Below, piece by piece: positions 26,101 to 38,312 of a stretch of 64,000 bases of DNA. This stretch comes from Tubiluchus corallicola (Eukaryota > Animalia > Priapulida). The DNA is taken from the NCBI GenBank assembly GCA_030141605.1, contig JAQGDQ010000379.1:62001-126000 (forward strand), written 5' to 3'. How positions within the stretch are numbered: position 1 is the first letter of the stretch; each line of letters begins with the position of its first letter. A program made the position numbers and the translations under genes. A model generated the notes under the pieces. It saw only the letters and a program-made list of their open reading frames with translations. It had not been told where the DNA came from and searched no databases.

Positions 26101-29100
26101 TCAGTAAAATTATACGTTTACTAGATAAACATATGCACTTTAATAATTAAAATGGTTAATTATTCAAATTTGTTAATTAGAAAAACAAGTAAAAATACCT
26201 CCGACTTTGCTACGTGGATATTGACAAAATTTCCGTATATTATCTGGGTAAGTATATTATCATGGTAGGCTCTATCTAACCCTACCCACTTTCAAATATT
26301 TCAAGGTTAAGAAAAATGCAGGGAAAATTTTAGCAACTTTCTGCATGCTCTCTTATTATTTCAGCGAAACTGCACACTGCACAGTGAATGGATGCAATAG
26401 GTTTTATTACACATCTTTAATGTCAAGGAAGCCATAATTAGAATGAATGATGGTTTGATTAAATCGCTAATATTTCATGAGCAGCATTTAATTAGGTATA
26501 ATACTCTTGCACAGGTTGACCTAGCAGATGGTTTTTTCAGGCTGTGAATGTGCAGCAGTAGATTAGCTTGGCAAATCCCCAATCCCTTATGTGAAGTATT
26601 AGAACTAATGCTGACTGACTTAAATGCAAAAAACATCTTTCATACCAAATGGCCTATCTAAGCTAAACAAAAAAGAATTTACATTGGAAACCATGAAATG
26701 TTTTTTATTTAAGCCACAATCTAGTGCCATACCACCAGCCTGCTGTGACAACAAAATTTAATTAGTTGTGAATTAGTTTTTGATCAACTTTGAACATAAA
26801 ACAGTATTCAATCTGAAGGTTAGTAAGATTTCAATAAGATGGTCCGAGCTATTTGCAAATCTTTTTTGTTCTTATTTACATATACGGTAGTCTTAGTTTC
26901 CAGAGCATGTATGCCACACATTCTATGATTTTAGTGTACTTCCTCAAACTGCCATAGATGGAGCCACCGTTATATATATAAAATTATGGCTTTAGTAATG
27001 AAGCCCTATAATGAAACATTGCAAAATCCCACTGAATTTGGAAAAAAAGATTTTTAAAAAATGTAGATGAAAACAGAATATTTTTCAACAGGCTGTATAA
27101 TATATCCTTGCTTAAAAAAAATCAAACATTATTCTTTAAATTATGTAAAAAGATGTTTTTAGCTGAACTGTGAGAAAGAAATGTCCGCGTGGCTATGAAG
27201 TTAAGTAGTGACAGCCTGGCTAATAAATTTAGGCCATTTTGTTTCCTGCCATTTATCAGGACGACTAAGACAACACTGTCAGTTCATTATCTCATCTTAA
27301 AGTCGAAGGATTATATTTAATTACCTAAGGTCTCATCATACCATAATCATTCAATATCAGTTTTAAAGGCCTGATTCCCTCCCTTTTGCAAGGTTTGGAA
27401 ATGTATAAAAAAGTGTTAGTTGTCGGTCAAATATTTATTTCGCTACTATAATACTGTTGCTTCACAATTTTTGTAATGTTTAAAATTGCCGAAAAGCTTT
27501 GCTTTTATGTGCTTGTTAAAACACTTTTTTGGCAGTATATGTACTGCAAATAAAGATACAATTCAAAATAAGGTCTTCTTAATTAATTATTGTGCAACTT
27601 ATTAGTTTTGTTTATTTCTTCATAGAATTGATTTGTTTACTAATAATTGTCAAAAGTCTCACGTCTAGTTAAGTCTTAAAAAGCATTAACTCATACGAAC
27701 AATAATAATGAGTTCCATCAAACACGATTTTGACATCCAAATCTTGGAGCTTAAGTAGCACAAACAAAATTACTAAAATTTAAAAATCCCACATTATGAA
27801 TGAAAGATTTGAGGCTATACACTGCTGTTAAACTAGTATCCTGCTGAACCATAGACTTCAAAACCATAATCACTCCTGCTGTGATGTCTTTATATTTTAT
27901 AAATGTAAAAATGATTTAACCAAAGTCACAGTAAAGAATGGACAACATAGCAATTGCTATAATAGTAAAGCATTACAGTTAGCAAAATATTTTCAAAGAT
28001 TACTAATAGAGTTACAAACTACAGTTAAATTAAAATGAAATTTTTAAGCAATTTGGGAAATTTGCACATTTAAGAATTATGCACTGCCCCACACACTTAG
28101 ATTTTAACACTTGGACAGGAAGATGTGTGGTAATACCTGATAGAAATCTTTTAAGTTGGGCAAGATCTAAATGAATAATTTATTTTGCCAAAACACCATT
28201 ATTAAATCCACTGCAAAGAACTCAAATGATGACAGGCATACCTCTTCCTGTATTGTTGTTCACATTTGTTAGCAACCTGGTCATTCATTCATTACAAAAA
28301 CTTCAGCAAAACTTTTACCCAAAAACACAAACCAAGCCTTGTAACAACAAATTGAAGAATGGAAAGCATATCTGCACAATTAAGTTGCATAGCGGCTTAC
28401 TGTTTGACACATCATACTTAAAGGAAAACCGGACAATTGATTGGACTCAAGCTCATTTTAATTTACTGTTCAAAATATACATTTTCTTGCCTATAAAAGT
28501 TAGCAATGTTTCTTATATATGAATAATTACCTTGGCAAGCTAATTAACGGCAACAGAACACAGCTTTCTCTTATGTCACAAACTAACCACAATTTGTGCA
28601 ATGGTAGGCATCTTCGCTGGGCGTCAAGCACTTCTGTGTAAGCGAAGATTGCCTATACTTTATTTTGAACTAATGTCTACACAACTGTCCGGTTTTCCTT
28701 TAATGCAAGCAGAATAATTTCACCAGCAAATAAAGACAATCATATAGCAATATGATTAATACAACACAGTATAAAAAGTTGGCAGATTTTTACCAAGAGC
28801 TGCCGCCTTAGCAGGAAGTCAGCTTTTTACGGTTATTGTTAGATCGATAAATTCACATTTTGGTAAATTATTGCAAAAGAGCATAAAAGATCACAACACC
28901 CTACAGAGGATAGATATCTGATATAAAATTCATGGAATATACAAATATTAAAGTCTCTTACTCTTCTAAACTGGTAGGGTAAAGCACTGATTAATGTTAC
29001 GATCAATTACCCACAAATTTTATTAGTATAACACAAACTTTATTACGACGACATTTTAGAGAAAGGGACTTCCCACCACGCTAGGCTTTCATAGAAGTTT

Positions 29101-29725
29101 TAAGTAAGCTTTCATCAAGTTAAACTCAACATATTAACATTTTGTTATTTGTCTTTTTAAGGAATGTGACAGCTTCACTTGGCATCAGAATTCATTCATA
29201 ATGATAACTATGAAAGCTACCAATCACAAATTCTACTCATAACTAGTAAATACACAATCTTGAGATATAGCACATATAAATTACATCTTGTTGGCTTCAG
29301 TAGAAAAAAACGACAAGAATGATTGAATCCCCAAGATGACAATATAGAAGTTATTGCTGACAAATTTTTTCAAACTTTATCTCATACAAAATCTCAGATT
29401 TAATAACAATAACATAACAAAACATACTCAGCCATTTCAGAGAACAATTTATAGTTAAATGTATAACATACATAAAATCAATAATAACATACACTAAAGG
29501 AAAAAGCTATTAATAACTAACTGCAAAACCTACATAAATTTAATCAAATCGTTTAACAAAAATAGTATGGTAAAAAAGTGTAAACAGTTTCCGGATAACA
29601 CGGTGACACATAGATATTGTAAAAAACATTGCCGAATAATAAATTAAAATAAAGGGTTAAGGTCATACAACGGGAAAGAAACCCCGCCTGTTTTTACATA
29701 AAGTACGAACAATAGCTTTGCCTAC

Positions 29726-29821
29726 CTGTTTCTCTGTGCTGTGCTTGCGTTTGCTGGGACGCATCAATAGCGAAGTTTCCTCAATCTCCTCCAGCATGCC
29801 ATTGCCGTCAGCTTGAATTCT
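29726..29821 (-). CDS. MPDZ: MPDZ/Patj exon: PDZ5-PDZ6 linker
   Basis: taattacag|AGA...CAG|gtaggc; RIQADGNGMLEEIEETSLLMRPSKRKHSTEKQ; 96 nt, phase 0 to 0. Confidence 0.8.
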
Positions 29822-30365
29822 CTGTAATTAATTTGACATAAGCAAAACCACAACAAAAAAGTGTGGAGTAAATAACAAAATCAGATTTATGAAATTCATT
29901 CAGGAACCGAGAACAAGAAAAATGAAATAAATTTTGAAAGTTGACAGTAATTATCTATTTAGTTGTCACTGACAATCCCAATAATATAAAACAGATAATC
30001 ACATGCAAGAATATTTTGTTGCAGCAACATTTATTCCCATAACCACTAAAGAATTGAAAAAATTAACTGTTAATATAAAATTCTATTCAATAAGAAAATT
30101 ACTGATAACAAAACAGATAATAAATGATAAATCAGGTTTATGTTTTGTATGTTGAACCTGATACAGACATACATAAAATAACCACAAAATTCTACCATGA
30201 TTCTCCTAAAGGGATATAAATCGTACTTTTCTGAAAGGCAACAATCTTTGGAAGTCAATGTAACAACTGTATTTCCAAAAAACAGCAAAAAACTTTAGTA
30301 CATTTTTGCAGTCTACTATATAAAAATCAGCAGACGATAAGAAGTACAAAAGTATTTAAACTTAC

Positions 30366-30599
30366 ATCACTAATTCTGGCATCAGAGTAAGGTAGTGGTT
30401 TTGCCACACCAATTTGTACAGTGCCCCTCTGGGCCCCTTTTAGGGCTTGGACTGCCCTCTCCAATGTGGCGTTTTCCAAGTGTTCATCATTTACAAATAG
30501 CAGTCGATCGCCAGGTACGAGTCGACCATCTTGTTGTGCCACGCCCCCTGGTACAAGGCTGCGGATAACTATCACAGTTTCACCTGGATTCAACGGGTC
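30366..30599 (-). CDS. MPDZ: MPDZ/Patj exon: PDZ5
   Basis: DPLNPGETVIVIRSLVPGGVAQQDGRLVPGDRLLFVNDEHLENATLERAVQALKGAQRGTVQIGVAKPLPYSDARISD|gtaagt; phase 0 to 0. Confidence 0.96.
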
Positions 30600-31936
30600 C
30601 TGTAATATTCAAGTAAGTGTATTTAAAACAATTATAGCTCTATAGCAGATCATTTACACTACACCAGGAGTCATTACTAGAATATGATCAGGACTGCAGT
30701 TCCGGCCGCCGCTGTTCCTCAACCCTCAAAGGCCCCGGCCAGTACGACGCACAAACTGTGACAGTTAAATAAAAATTGAACATCTCTCTTAAGACAAACA
30801 ATTCAAGAAGTGAGGGAAACACTATAATCTGCACAAGCACATCAGTAATGATTAATAAAAGCTGCACATAACCACTGTATAAAATTCAGACTAAATCATG
30901 TACAATTCAGCAGGAACCTGCTTAGCAGAAATCCATCTGAATTTGTATAGAGCAAGTCACGATTATCTTGAAACATACATGCACTAGCATTCAATAGATC
31001 TAATCACAGGTATCACTCTATCTAACAGTCTCGATCAATTTAATAAAAACTTTCTTGACTCGAAAAAATCCTGGTAAACCTAAGTAGCTGACTAGCAAAA
31101 CATTTAAGCCTAATTTTAATGAAATTTCATTTCTAAGGAATGTATTCATTACAAACAAAAACGAAAATCACTCATTTTGTTTACCTCTCGTGATAAACCA
31201 CTTATTCTCAACACAAAACAACTGCTCACATGCAGTAGAACCTTCCTTTTGTTATATTAGCATCTCGTAACACTTCATATGCACAACATACAATCAAAAA
31301 AATCTAAGTTATTTTATTTAAAGCACTTTCTAAAAATATTTGACAATTTTATAGCCAAACATAAATTGTATGATGTGAATTCAATAATGGGTTTTAACTT
31401 GTATAAAATTATGAGTGAAAATGACACAACTTTGAAAGACATCTTTAAAAATTCTTTCCTTTTATCATGCAAGATTATGAAAGGATGCAATATGATGCCT
31501 ACACAGTTAGTTACAATACAACTAGTGATAACTGTCTATAAAATAGTGATTTTAATTTTTGTCAAAAAGTCAATTGAAAGAAAAGTTAGAGTATGTGATA
31601 CTATCTTAAATTATCTTGCTGTATTCACATTTGCATATACTAATAGTTGTTCATTTTTATACGTTTTTGTGTGCTATGTGTTTAATTTACGTTACTACTA
31701 CTTTCACTTTTCACTACTTACTTTAAACTGAACCACTTACATATTAGAATACACATGTGCACGAAAATAAAAAATAAATGATTTTAATTTAATGCTAGAA
31801 ATATCACTGAACATAACAATATTCTAATTTCCAGACCATCTTAGAGCAACTGAGAAATGTAAACATGGATGACTGCAGACACAAATTACATGAACATTTA
31901 ATATGTTGCATGAGTTTTAAGAGCAAAATACCTCAC

Positions 31937-32123
31937 CTGGTAATCTAAAATACTAAATCCAAGGCCTCGCTCTCCTTTCGTTAATTCTATAGTTTCCACC
32001 TCATCACTCCAAACGGCTAAACCGTGAAGCATTTCTAACGAGCGTGACTTCAATTTGGATACTGATGAGGAGTCTGTGGAACTGGGATGAGACAGGGAAC
32101 CATCTGATTTGGCTTTTACTAAC
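31937..32123 (-). CDS. MPDZ: MPDZ/Patj exon: linker and start of PDZ5
   Basis: (R)LVKAKSDGSLSHPSSTDSSSVSKLKSRSLEMLHGLAVWSDEVETIELTKGERGLGFSILDYQ|gtgagg; phase 2 to 0. Confidence 0.96.
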
Positions 32124-33067
32124 CTATAAATGATGAAATACTGTCACTCTACTCCCACATACTAAATGAATTAAAGGTTTATCAAAATTAACGTAACCTA
32201 GCTGAAATTTGGAGAAACATTGATTATAAAATTTGATTACACATTGAAATATCTTAGAATTTTTATGATTTTCTCTGTTTATTACTAATCATTATTTATT
32301 TTAGTCGTTTGCAAAACATTTTGCTTAAGCTAATAATCTTAAGGATTAGACTAAAGATGTGACTGATTAACGATTAGGATTAGTTAAGGAAAAGGATTTT
32401 CAAGCAATCTATAGCTGCACGTAGCATAAGAGTAAGTATACATGGGATAAATTGAAAGTGCATAATTCAGTTGTTGAAGATTTTTTCACAAAAAAGTTCT
32501 GCATAAACAGATCATAGATAAAAATTCTTAAGCTAACAGTAACGTTTCAAAACTCACAAGAAAGGCCAAGCACAGGTCTTCAGTACCCAAGCAATTTGGC
32601 TTAGGTACACTTAATAAGTCTGGCACAGTAACTGCTTGGAATTTATTTTGCATTAGTATTCATTCGGTATTCACTACAGTTGGCTTTAAACAGCAGAAAT
32701 GTAAGTTATTATATGTTTTCTACGACAAGACAAAATTGATGTAAATGAGCACGTTATAGACGTTTGCAGAAACTTTTACGTATAACTTTAACAGACTGCA
32801 ATTTGTCATTTTGAACACCTAGTAAAAGTATTAAAATTAAACAATGGTCTGAAATTTTATTTATGTAGTTACTGAGATAATATTAACAGGAGACATCAAG
32901 GAATGTCATAATATTAGGTTAGAAAGCTGAAGTAATTATTCAAGGCCTAGCATTTCAATGACGGATTATTAGACAAACTTACAAACTTTCACTGATAAAA
33001 AAATCTTGGTGAAAACTGTTGACTGGACTTACATATGAACAAAAAAATGAAACTTGACAAGACTTAC

Positions 33068-33309
33068 CTTTCAGCAGTTGGTAAATCTTGAAGACTACTG
33101 CTTTGGGTTTTATGAAGTCCAGATGGCTGAGACGAAGACTTGGAAGAAGGAACTAAGTTCGAAGACACAGGAGGTGTTGCATTTACGCCAATCATGCCCT
33201 GTTGATGTTCTTCACGTCTGGCACATACCATGCGCACATGCATAGGCAAATCTTTTAGCACTGACACTACTTCTACGTGGTTCTTTCCTAATAACTGTTT
33301 ATTGTTCAC
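33068..33309 (-). CDS. MPDZ: MPDZ/Patj exon: PDZ4 second half and Ser-rich linker
   Basis: VNNKQLLGKNHVEVVSVLKDLPMHVRMVCARR...QDLPTAE; tttatcag acceptor, gtaagt donor; phase 0 to 2. Confidence 0.95.
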
Positions 33310-34269
33310 CTGATAAATAACATACAAACATTAAAGTCAAATTAAACCCTCACTATAATATAGCTTTTACAACTTAAAATCCTACTTTCATTACAATTCA
33401 ATTAATTTTATTATAAACTTACTGTAAAACTTGTTTCTTCTGATTTTTTATCACTTCGTTATTAGCAGCATTAAATTTGAAGAACCGCCATTTTCGTTAC
33501 ACGAGACGAATGACATAATGAGTACAGTCACAAGGTCACCAGAGAACGGTAAACAAACATCGATAACCAAAGATGCTTTCAGTACCTTATACGTCATTCT
33601 CGCTCACTCACGCCAAAGACGCAACATGGCAGTCTTTACGGTAACACACACGTTCAAAACTCCACAGAAAAAGGTAAGTTACTTAATTTACAAGTTTTTT
33701 TTTTTGTGTAAAAATTAGAATGAATTTTTTGTGTAATCATAATAATGTGTTAAAAAAACTTTAATGTCGTTTACATAGGGTTTTAATGGTGGTTTGTCAG
33801 AGTTAATGAAGCTACAATAGCATCCCAAACAAAAAGATTTAATGATTCAATAATTATGTACTTACAAACTTTCTTAAAGTTTTAAATTTTAGAAAAAATG
33901 GTCTAGCAAAAAATATAGTAAGCTATCTTATCCTGGTTTTACGGAAATATTCAGTTCCTCAATCGCTTACCATCCTGCTGTCAGCTCTCATTTAAAAGTC
34001 ACTAGAAATGCAATACTTCAAAGTTTGATAGTCAAGTTTCGACATAATGACAAGCAAATTTTCAATAAAAAAATTTAATAAGAAGTTTGCTAAGCTTTTA
34101 AAGTTCAGAAATTAAATTTCAAAAACATTAGGTCTATGATGGGATACGTATTATTACAGCAACGACAACTACATTAACCTTAGACAACAACAATGAACAT
34201 TCGTCTACAACTGTGAACAGCTGTAGATTTGGGCATCAAGGGTAATAACATTAATAAATGAGTACAGAA

Positions 34270-34661
34270 CAGGGTTGAGCATATAAAGTTCATAATTCGA
34301 TTACTTTGAGTTTTCTTGGTTTTAACTCGATTCGAACCTGAAATTATACAGTCGAATAATTTAGCACTTCAGCTACATATGTTATATTATTAAAACGTTC
34401 GAAACAGCATGCAATCAGCACAGCTTAGCTGTAATTTCTGTGCACAAGTGTCAAACAAATTATTAGTGTTTTTACTGCAAAACAAAATCAAGTAACGCGC
34501 ATGATCTTTCTGAGACTGCCTACTATTAGTGATAAGCTTTAAAATACTCGAAAAGCTTTAAAACTGAATTCGATTCGGATTGAAAAATGTTGAAATTAGG
34601 TTTGATTCAAATTCAAAATTCACAAATTTGATTCTCTTTCTGTAGAGAATGCTCAACCTTA
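34270..34661. mobile_element. MITE of the same family as 19960-20130, opposite orientation
   Basis: TIRs agggttgagcat / atgctcaacctt; the reverse complement of its right end (gagcattctctacagaaagagaat) matches the left end of the 19960 copy (gagcattttctccataaagcgaat). Confidence 0.7.
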
Positions 34662-34995
34662 GAAATGAAACTTGTCAGAGCAGCATTTGCATGGTGTAAC
34701 TACAAATTTAGAACAACTTTCATGGATTAAAGTTGTGTAAGAATTTTGCTCAGCTTTATTTAGCAACAAACAATATGGCAAACAATGTGTTATAGCATTT
34801 TTGCATTTACCAATAGTAATTCTGATGCAGTTTGGAGATAGTATTAACATATTAAAACACAATAAACAATAAGAATCAATACAAATAACCGCAAGTTTAA
34901 AACAAACATCAAGACAGTACACGCTAAGTGCTAAAAAAGCTTTTTTCGGAAAACAACGAAAAATGACGTAAACTAAGCAAAAACCTAAAACTTAC

Positions 34996-35169
34996 TTCTA
35001 GCAGTTCATCACCACTTTGCAACAAACCGTTTTCTCCCACTGGACCAACTGGTAGTATAGACCTGATATAATGATGGGGCCTCATTTCTTTCCCGTCTTC
35101 TAAATCAACGGTGCCTTCCAGACTGATACCTAGGCCGCCACCTTTCCGAAATTTATTTAATACAGCCAC
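34996..35169 (-). CDS. MPDZ: MPDZ/Patj exon: PDZ4 first half
   Basis: VAVLNKFRKGGGLGISLEGTVDLEDGKEMRPHHYIRSILPVGPVGENGLLQSGDELLE|gtaagt; phase 0 to 0. Confidence 0.96.
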
Positions 35170-35614
35170 CTAAACCAATTTTTTTTTGAGTCACAACTTA
35201 CAGAAAAAGAACTAACAGCAAATATCTTTTTTTTCTAAGCTAACTATTACCTTATCAAAATCACTATGTATAAACCACTATATTACTATGAATAATATTT
35301 GTAATACTACTAATAATAATATTTGTAACAGCATTTGAAAAAATAAAGCAAAAGAATTATTTGATCAACTACATAAACACAATTACCGACAGCAGAATAG
35401 TAATATTAACATCTTATGAACAAAATAACAAATTTCTGTCATGTCAAAACTGTATGACAAAGTGTGAACTACAATCCATTTGCACTTGCTTTAGCATGGA
35501 CTGCATGGATACTTATCAATTTTAACTGCAAACAAATTTAAGATAGAATGACTTATCTTCAGATATCACCAATAAATCTTTGTAAGAATGTAAGCCAGTG
35601 GGAAAATTCCTTAC

Positions 35615-35694
35615 CACAACATCATAACCTGGCCCTAAAATTTTCAGCCATTTGTTTTTGATCGCTGCTTCTGTTTCCGGATCTAGCTCAGCAC
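35615..35694 (-). CDS. MPDZ: MPDZ/Patj exon: lead-in to PDZ4
   Basis: (G)AELDPETEAAIKNKWLKILGPGYDVV; the KWxxILG..Y motif precedes PDZ4; gtaagg donor; phase 1 to 0. Confidence 0.92.
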
Positions 35695-36306
35695 CTGTTA
35701 CAAAACATGTCATTAGTAAAAATCACAACAAATAAAAAGCTGCACAACCACGAAATATTTATATCTACGGAACAAATATTCTCAAACTGAAATGAAATGA
35801 ATTTATGTTCTTATTTTTATAACCATATTGTGGCAAGGTGCACAGGCCATCGGTCTCAAGGTCATCCCGGTAACCGAAGTCAAGACAGTGCAGAGGCTGA
35901 TCAGTGAACTGACGAATAAACTGCTTCGATTCTCACTCATTCACCATTTCATTCACCATGCTGATTATGGCTATTTATCTCATAGAGGAAGGACTAATAC
36001 ACTACCCATACGTGGTTGAGATATTTCTGCCGATTCATTTGCTCATCATAGACATAACCTTGATAATAAGTCAAGTCCGGTCTTGATATGACTATCTAAT
36101 TTGAATAGGATGAGAAGCTGGATGCAGGATTCTGGCTTCCAGAATTCTGAATTAACATAGTAATATGATTACATGCGATAGGCTACTAAGTAACTTTTTT
36201 ATAGCTATATACAAACCTAACATTAAAATTATTGTAGCACTAGGCATCTACAAAATAGAACTACTAATTATTAAATTTTTGCATTATAGTATAAAATAAT
36301 GGGTAC

Positions 36307-36450
36307 CAAAGTCAACTGCATCGTATTCACTGGATTCCTGTAGGTGGATGTCTTCTAACTCAATCCGGTGTGATGGAGAAGGCGTATCCACATAATGCGT
36401 TTGAATCTGTGTTGCCATGGTTTCGGATCTCACTCCAGCATCACCATTAA
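36307..36450 (-). CDS. MPDZ: MPDZ/Patj exon: PDZ3-PDZ4 linker
   Basis: ttttgaacag acceptor; (V)NGDAGVRSETMATQIQTHYVDTPSPSHRIELEDIHLQESSEYDAVDF; 144 nt, phase 1 to 1, open and GC-richer than flanks. Confidence 0.8.
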
Positions 36451-37606
36451 CTGTTCAAAACAAAAACAATATTGCCTTCGATTACCTGCTAGCAGCTCGG
36501 ATAAGGAAGCAACAGGAAATTGTTAAAAGGTTTTAATTTTGTTTTCAATTAGTGTTAATACACTGAAAGCCTTCCACGCAGAAGTTCACAGTAATAATGT
36601 CTACTTCAGCTTTTCCAATTTACTAAATGAACAGCCATTTAGTTGACAGGAACAATGGAACATAAATATCATTTCCTTAACTGTTCTAATCCCAACAAGG
36701 AAAAAAATCTAACCAAACAAAAAAACGCACAAAATTTCTCTTCTTTCAGAAATTAATAATAAATTTTGTAATGCGTGTAAAACTGGTATAGAAGAACCAA
36801 TGCCGTCAATGTAATGCAATTTTAGTAACTTTAGTTCTAGCACAATTAAGAAAATAAATTAAGAAAACCAGCTGAGATTTAATTATAAATTTATTTTAAA
36901 AGTTTTGCCAATTTCTGAACCACACAAAAATATTAAGATCAAAGAAAAGTTAATCTATAAAAGGCTGGTGCCTTTCTTTACCGAGCTCAAAACAATTGAT
37001 TAATACCATGCTTATTCTAAGTGTATATCGCATGACATACAGCATACAACTTGTGAGTAATATACATTACTAATGATTGTTGACAATATCACATCATGTG
37101 CAATCTGGAATAATAAACATAAACAGAAGAAGGAGAATAGACAAAAGCTTGTAAGTTACCGGTTCTCAAAATGTTGAAATAGAATTCTTGAAAAATCATA
37201 AAACTAAACACCTGTGGTTTATAAACAGTCTGAAATGAAAAGCATCACGGGAATACATGTGTTTTAGGAATTTCAATGTTTAACTATACCACGGTTAATG
37301 ACTTATTCAAATTAAAGTGAAATTAAACCAAAACACAATTATTCAATCTATTAATAACTAAAAAAAAATTACATAAGTCAAAATCAGCAACAATGTAAAA
37401 ACCATCTTTATTTAAAGCTTTCCAGAGTTTCCACGAATTATTTTGAGTGGACGGATAATGATTGGTGTTATTAGATGTCCAATATATGTACTGTTAATAA
37501 AAAAGTATTTAAAAATAAAAAAATTATGTAGAAATAAATGAAATCAGGTATTAACATATGAATGACGAGAAACAACTTAATAGCACGCCTCACTATAAAA
37601 TGCCAA

Positions 37607-37725
37607 CAGGGTCGTCTTAAGAGCATTATATGCCCCCCGGGGCAAAGCAGTGCACTGAAGCTCCTACCTACACAACCGCTCACAGGACTAAAAATGTAAA
37701 TGGTCGATAAAATTAAGCATATATT
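37607..37725 (+). mobile_element. Probable DNA-transposon terminal fragment
   Basis: GC-rich cagggtcgtcttaa...gccccccggggcaaagcagtgcactg, resembling CAGGGCCG-type element ends; no partner TIR seen. Confidence 0.4.
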
Positions 37726-38312
37726 CATTATACTGGTACTACCAACAAAATCAGTGTTTAAACATTAAAAAACATGCTGTACAGCAAAGATTAATTAACA
37801 CAACTGTTCAACAATATAACATGAGCCCTGAAAACCGCATACATAGATTAGCATGAGACTCCTATGCTCGTGTGCCAATATGTTAAGACTGTCCTGTATG
37901 CCAAGAGTACACAGTTCACACTCGGCAATATGAAGCTCTGTGGATAAACATAAGTATTGTAAAATATATATTAACAAACTCAACGTATCCAAAATTAGTT
38001 AACTTCAGCTGATTTCAACCATAAAAATACAACCATTTTTTGCACAGATCATCCTAAAAGGTAACAGCCATTCAGAAAATGATGCGCTACAGAAAAGAAA
38101 GAAATCCAGTAAAGTTGAAATGTTTTAGCTAATTTGCCACGACAGGAACTACCTAATGAAGTTCTTCTGGAAGCAAGTGAAGGTCCAAGTAACAGGGAAA
38201 AAATTCTTGTTAAAAATTCCAACAGATAAAGTGAAAAAACTAGATTCATGAGTGGCTTTTTTGACCAATTCTCCTTGTCCTGTACACAAGCATTAATTCA
38301 TCTAATATTTAC

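Noticed and set aside
31279-31731. 150-aa plus-strand ORF
   Set aside because: AT-rich, I/F/K/L-biased composition with no recognisable domain; likely chance
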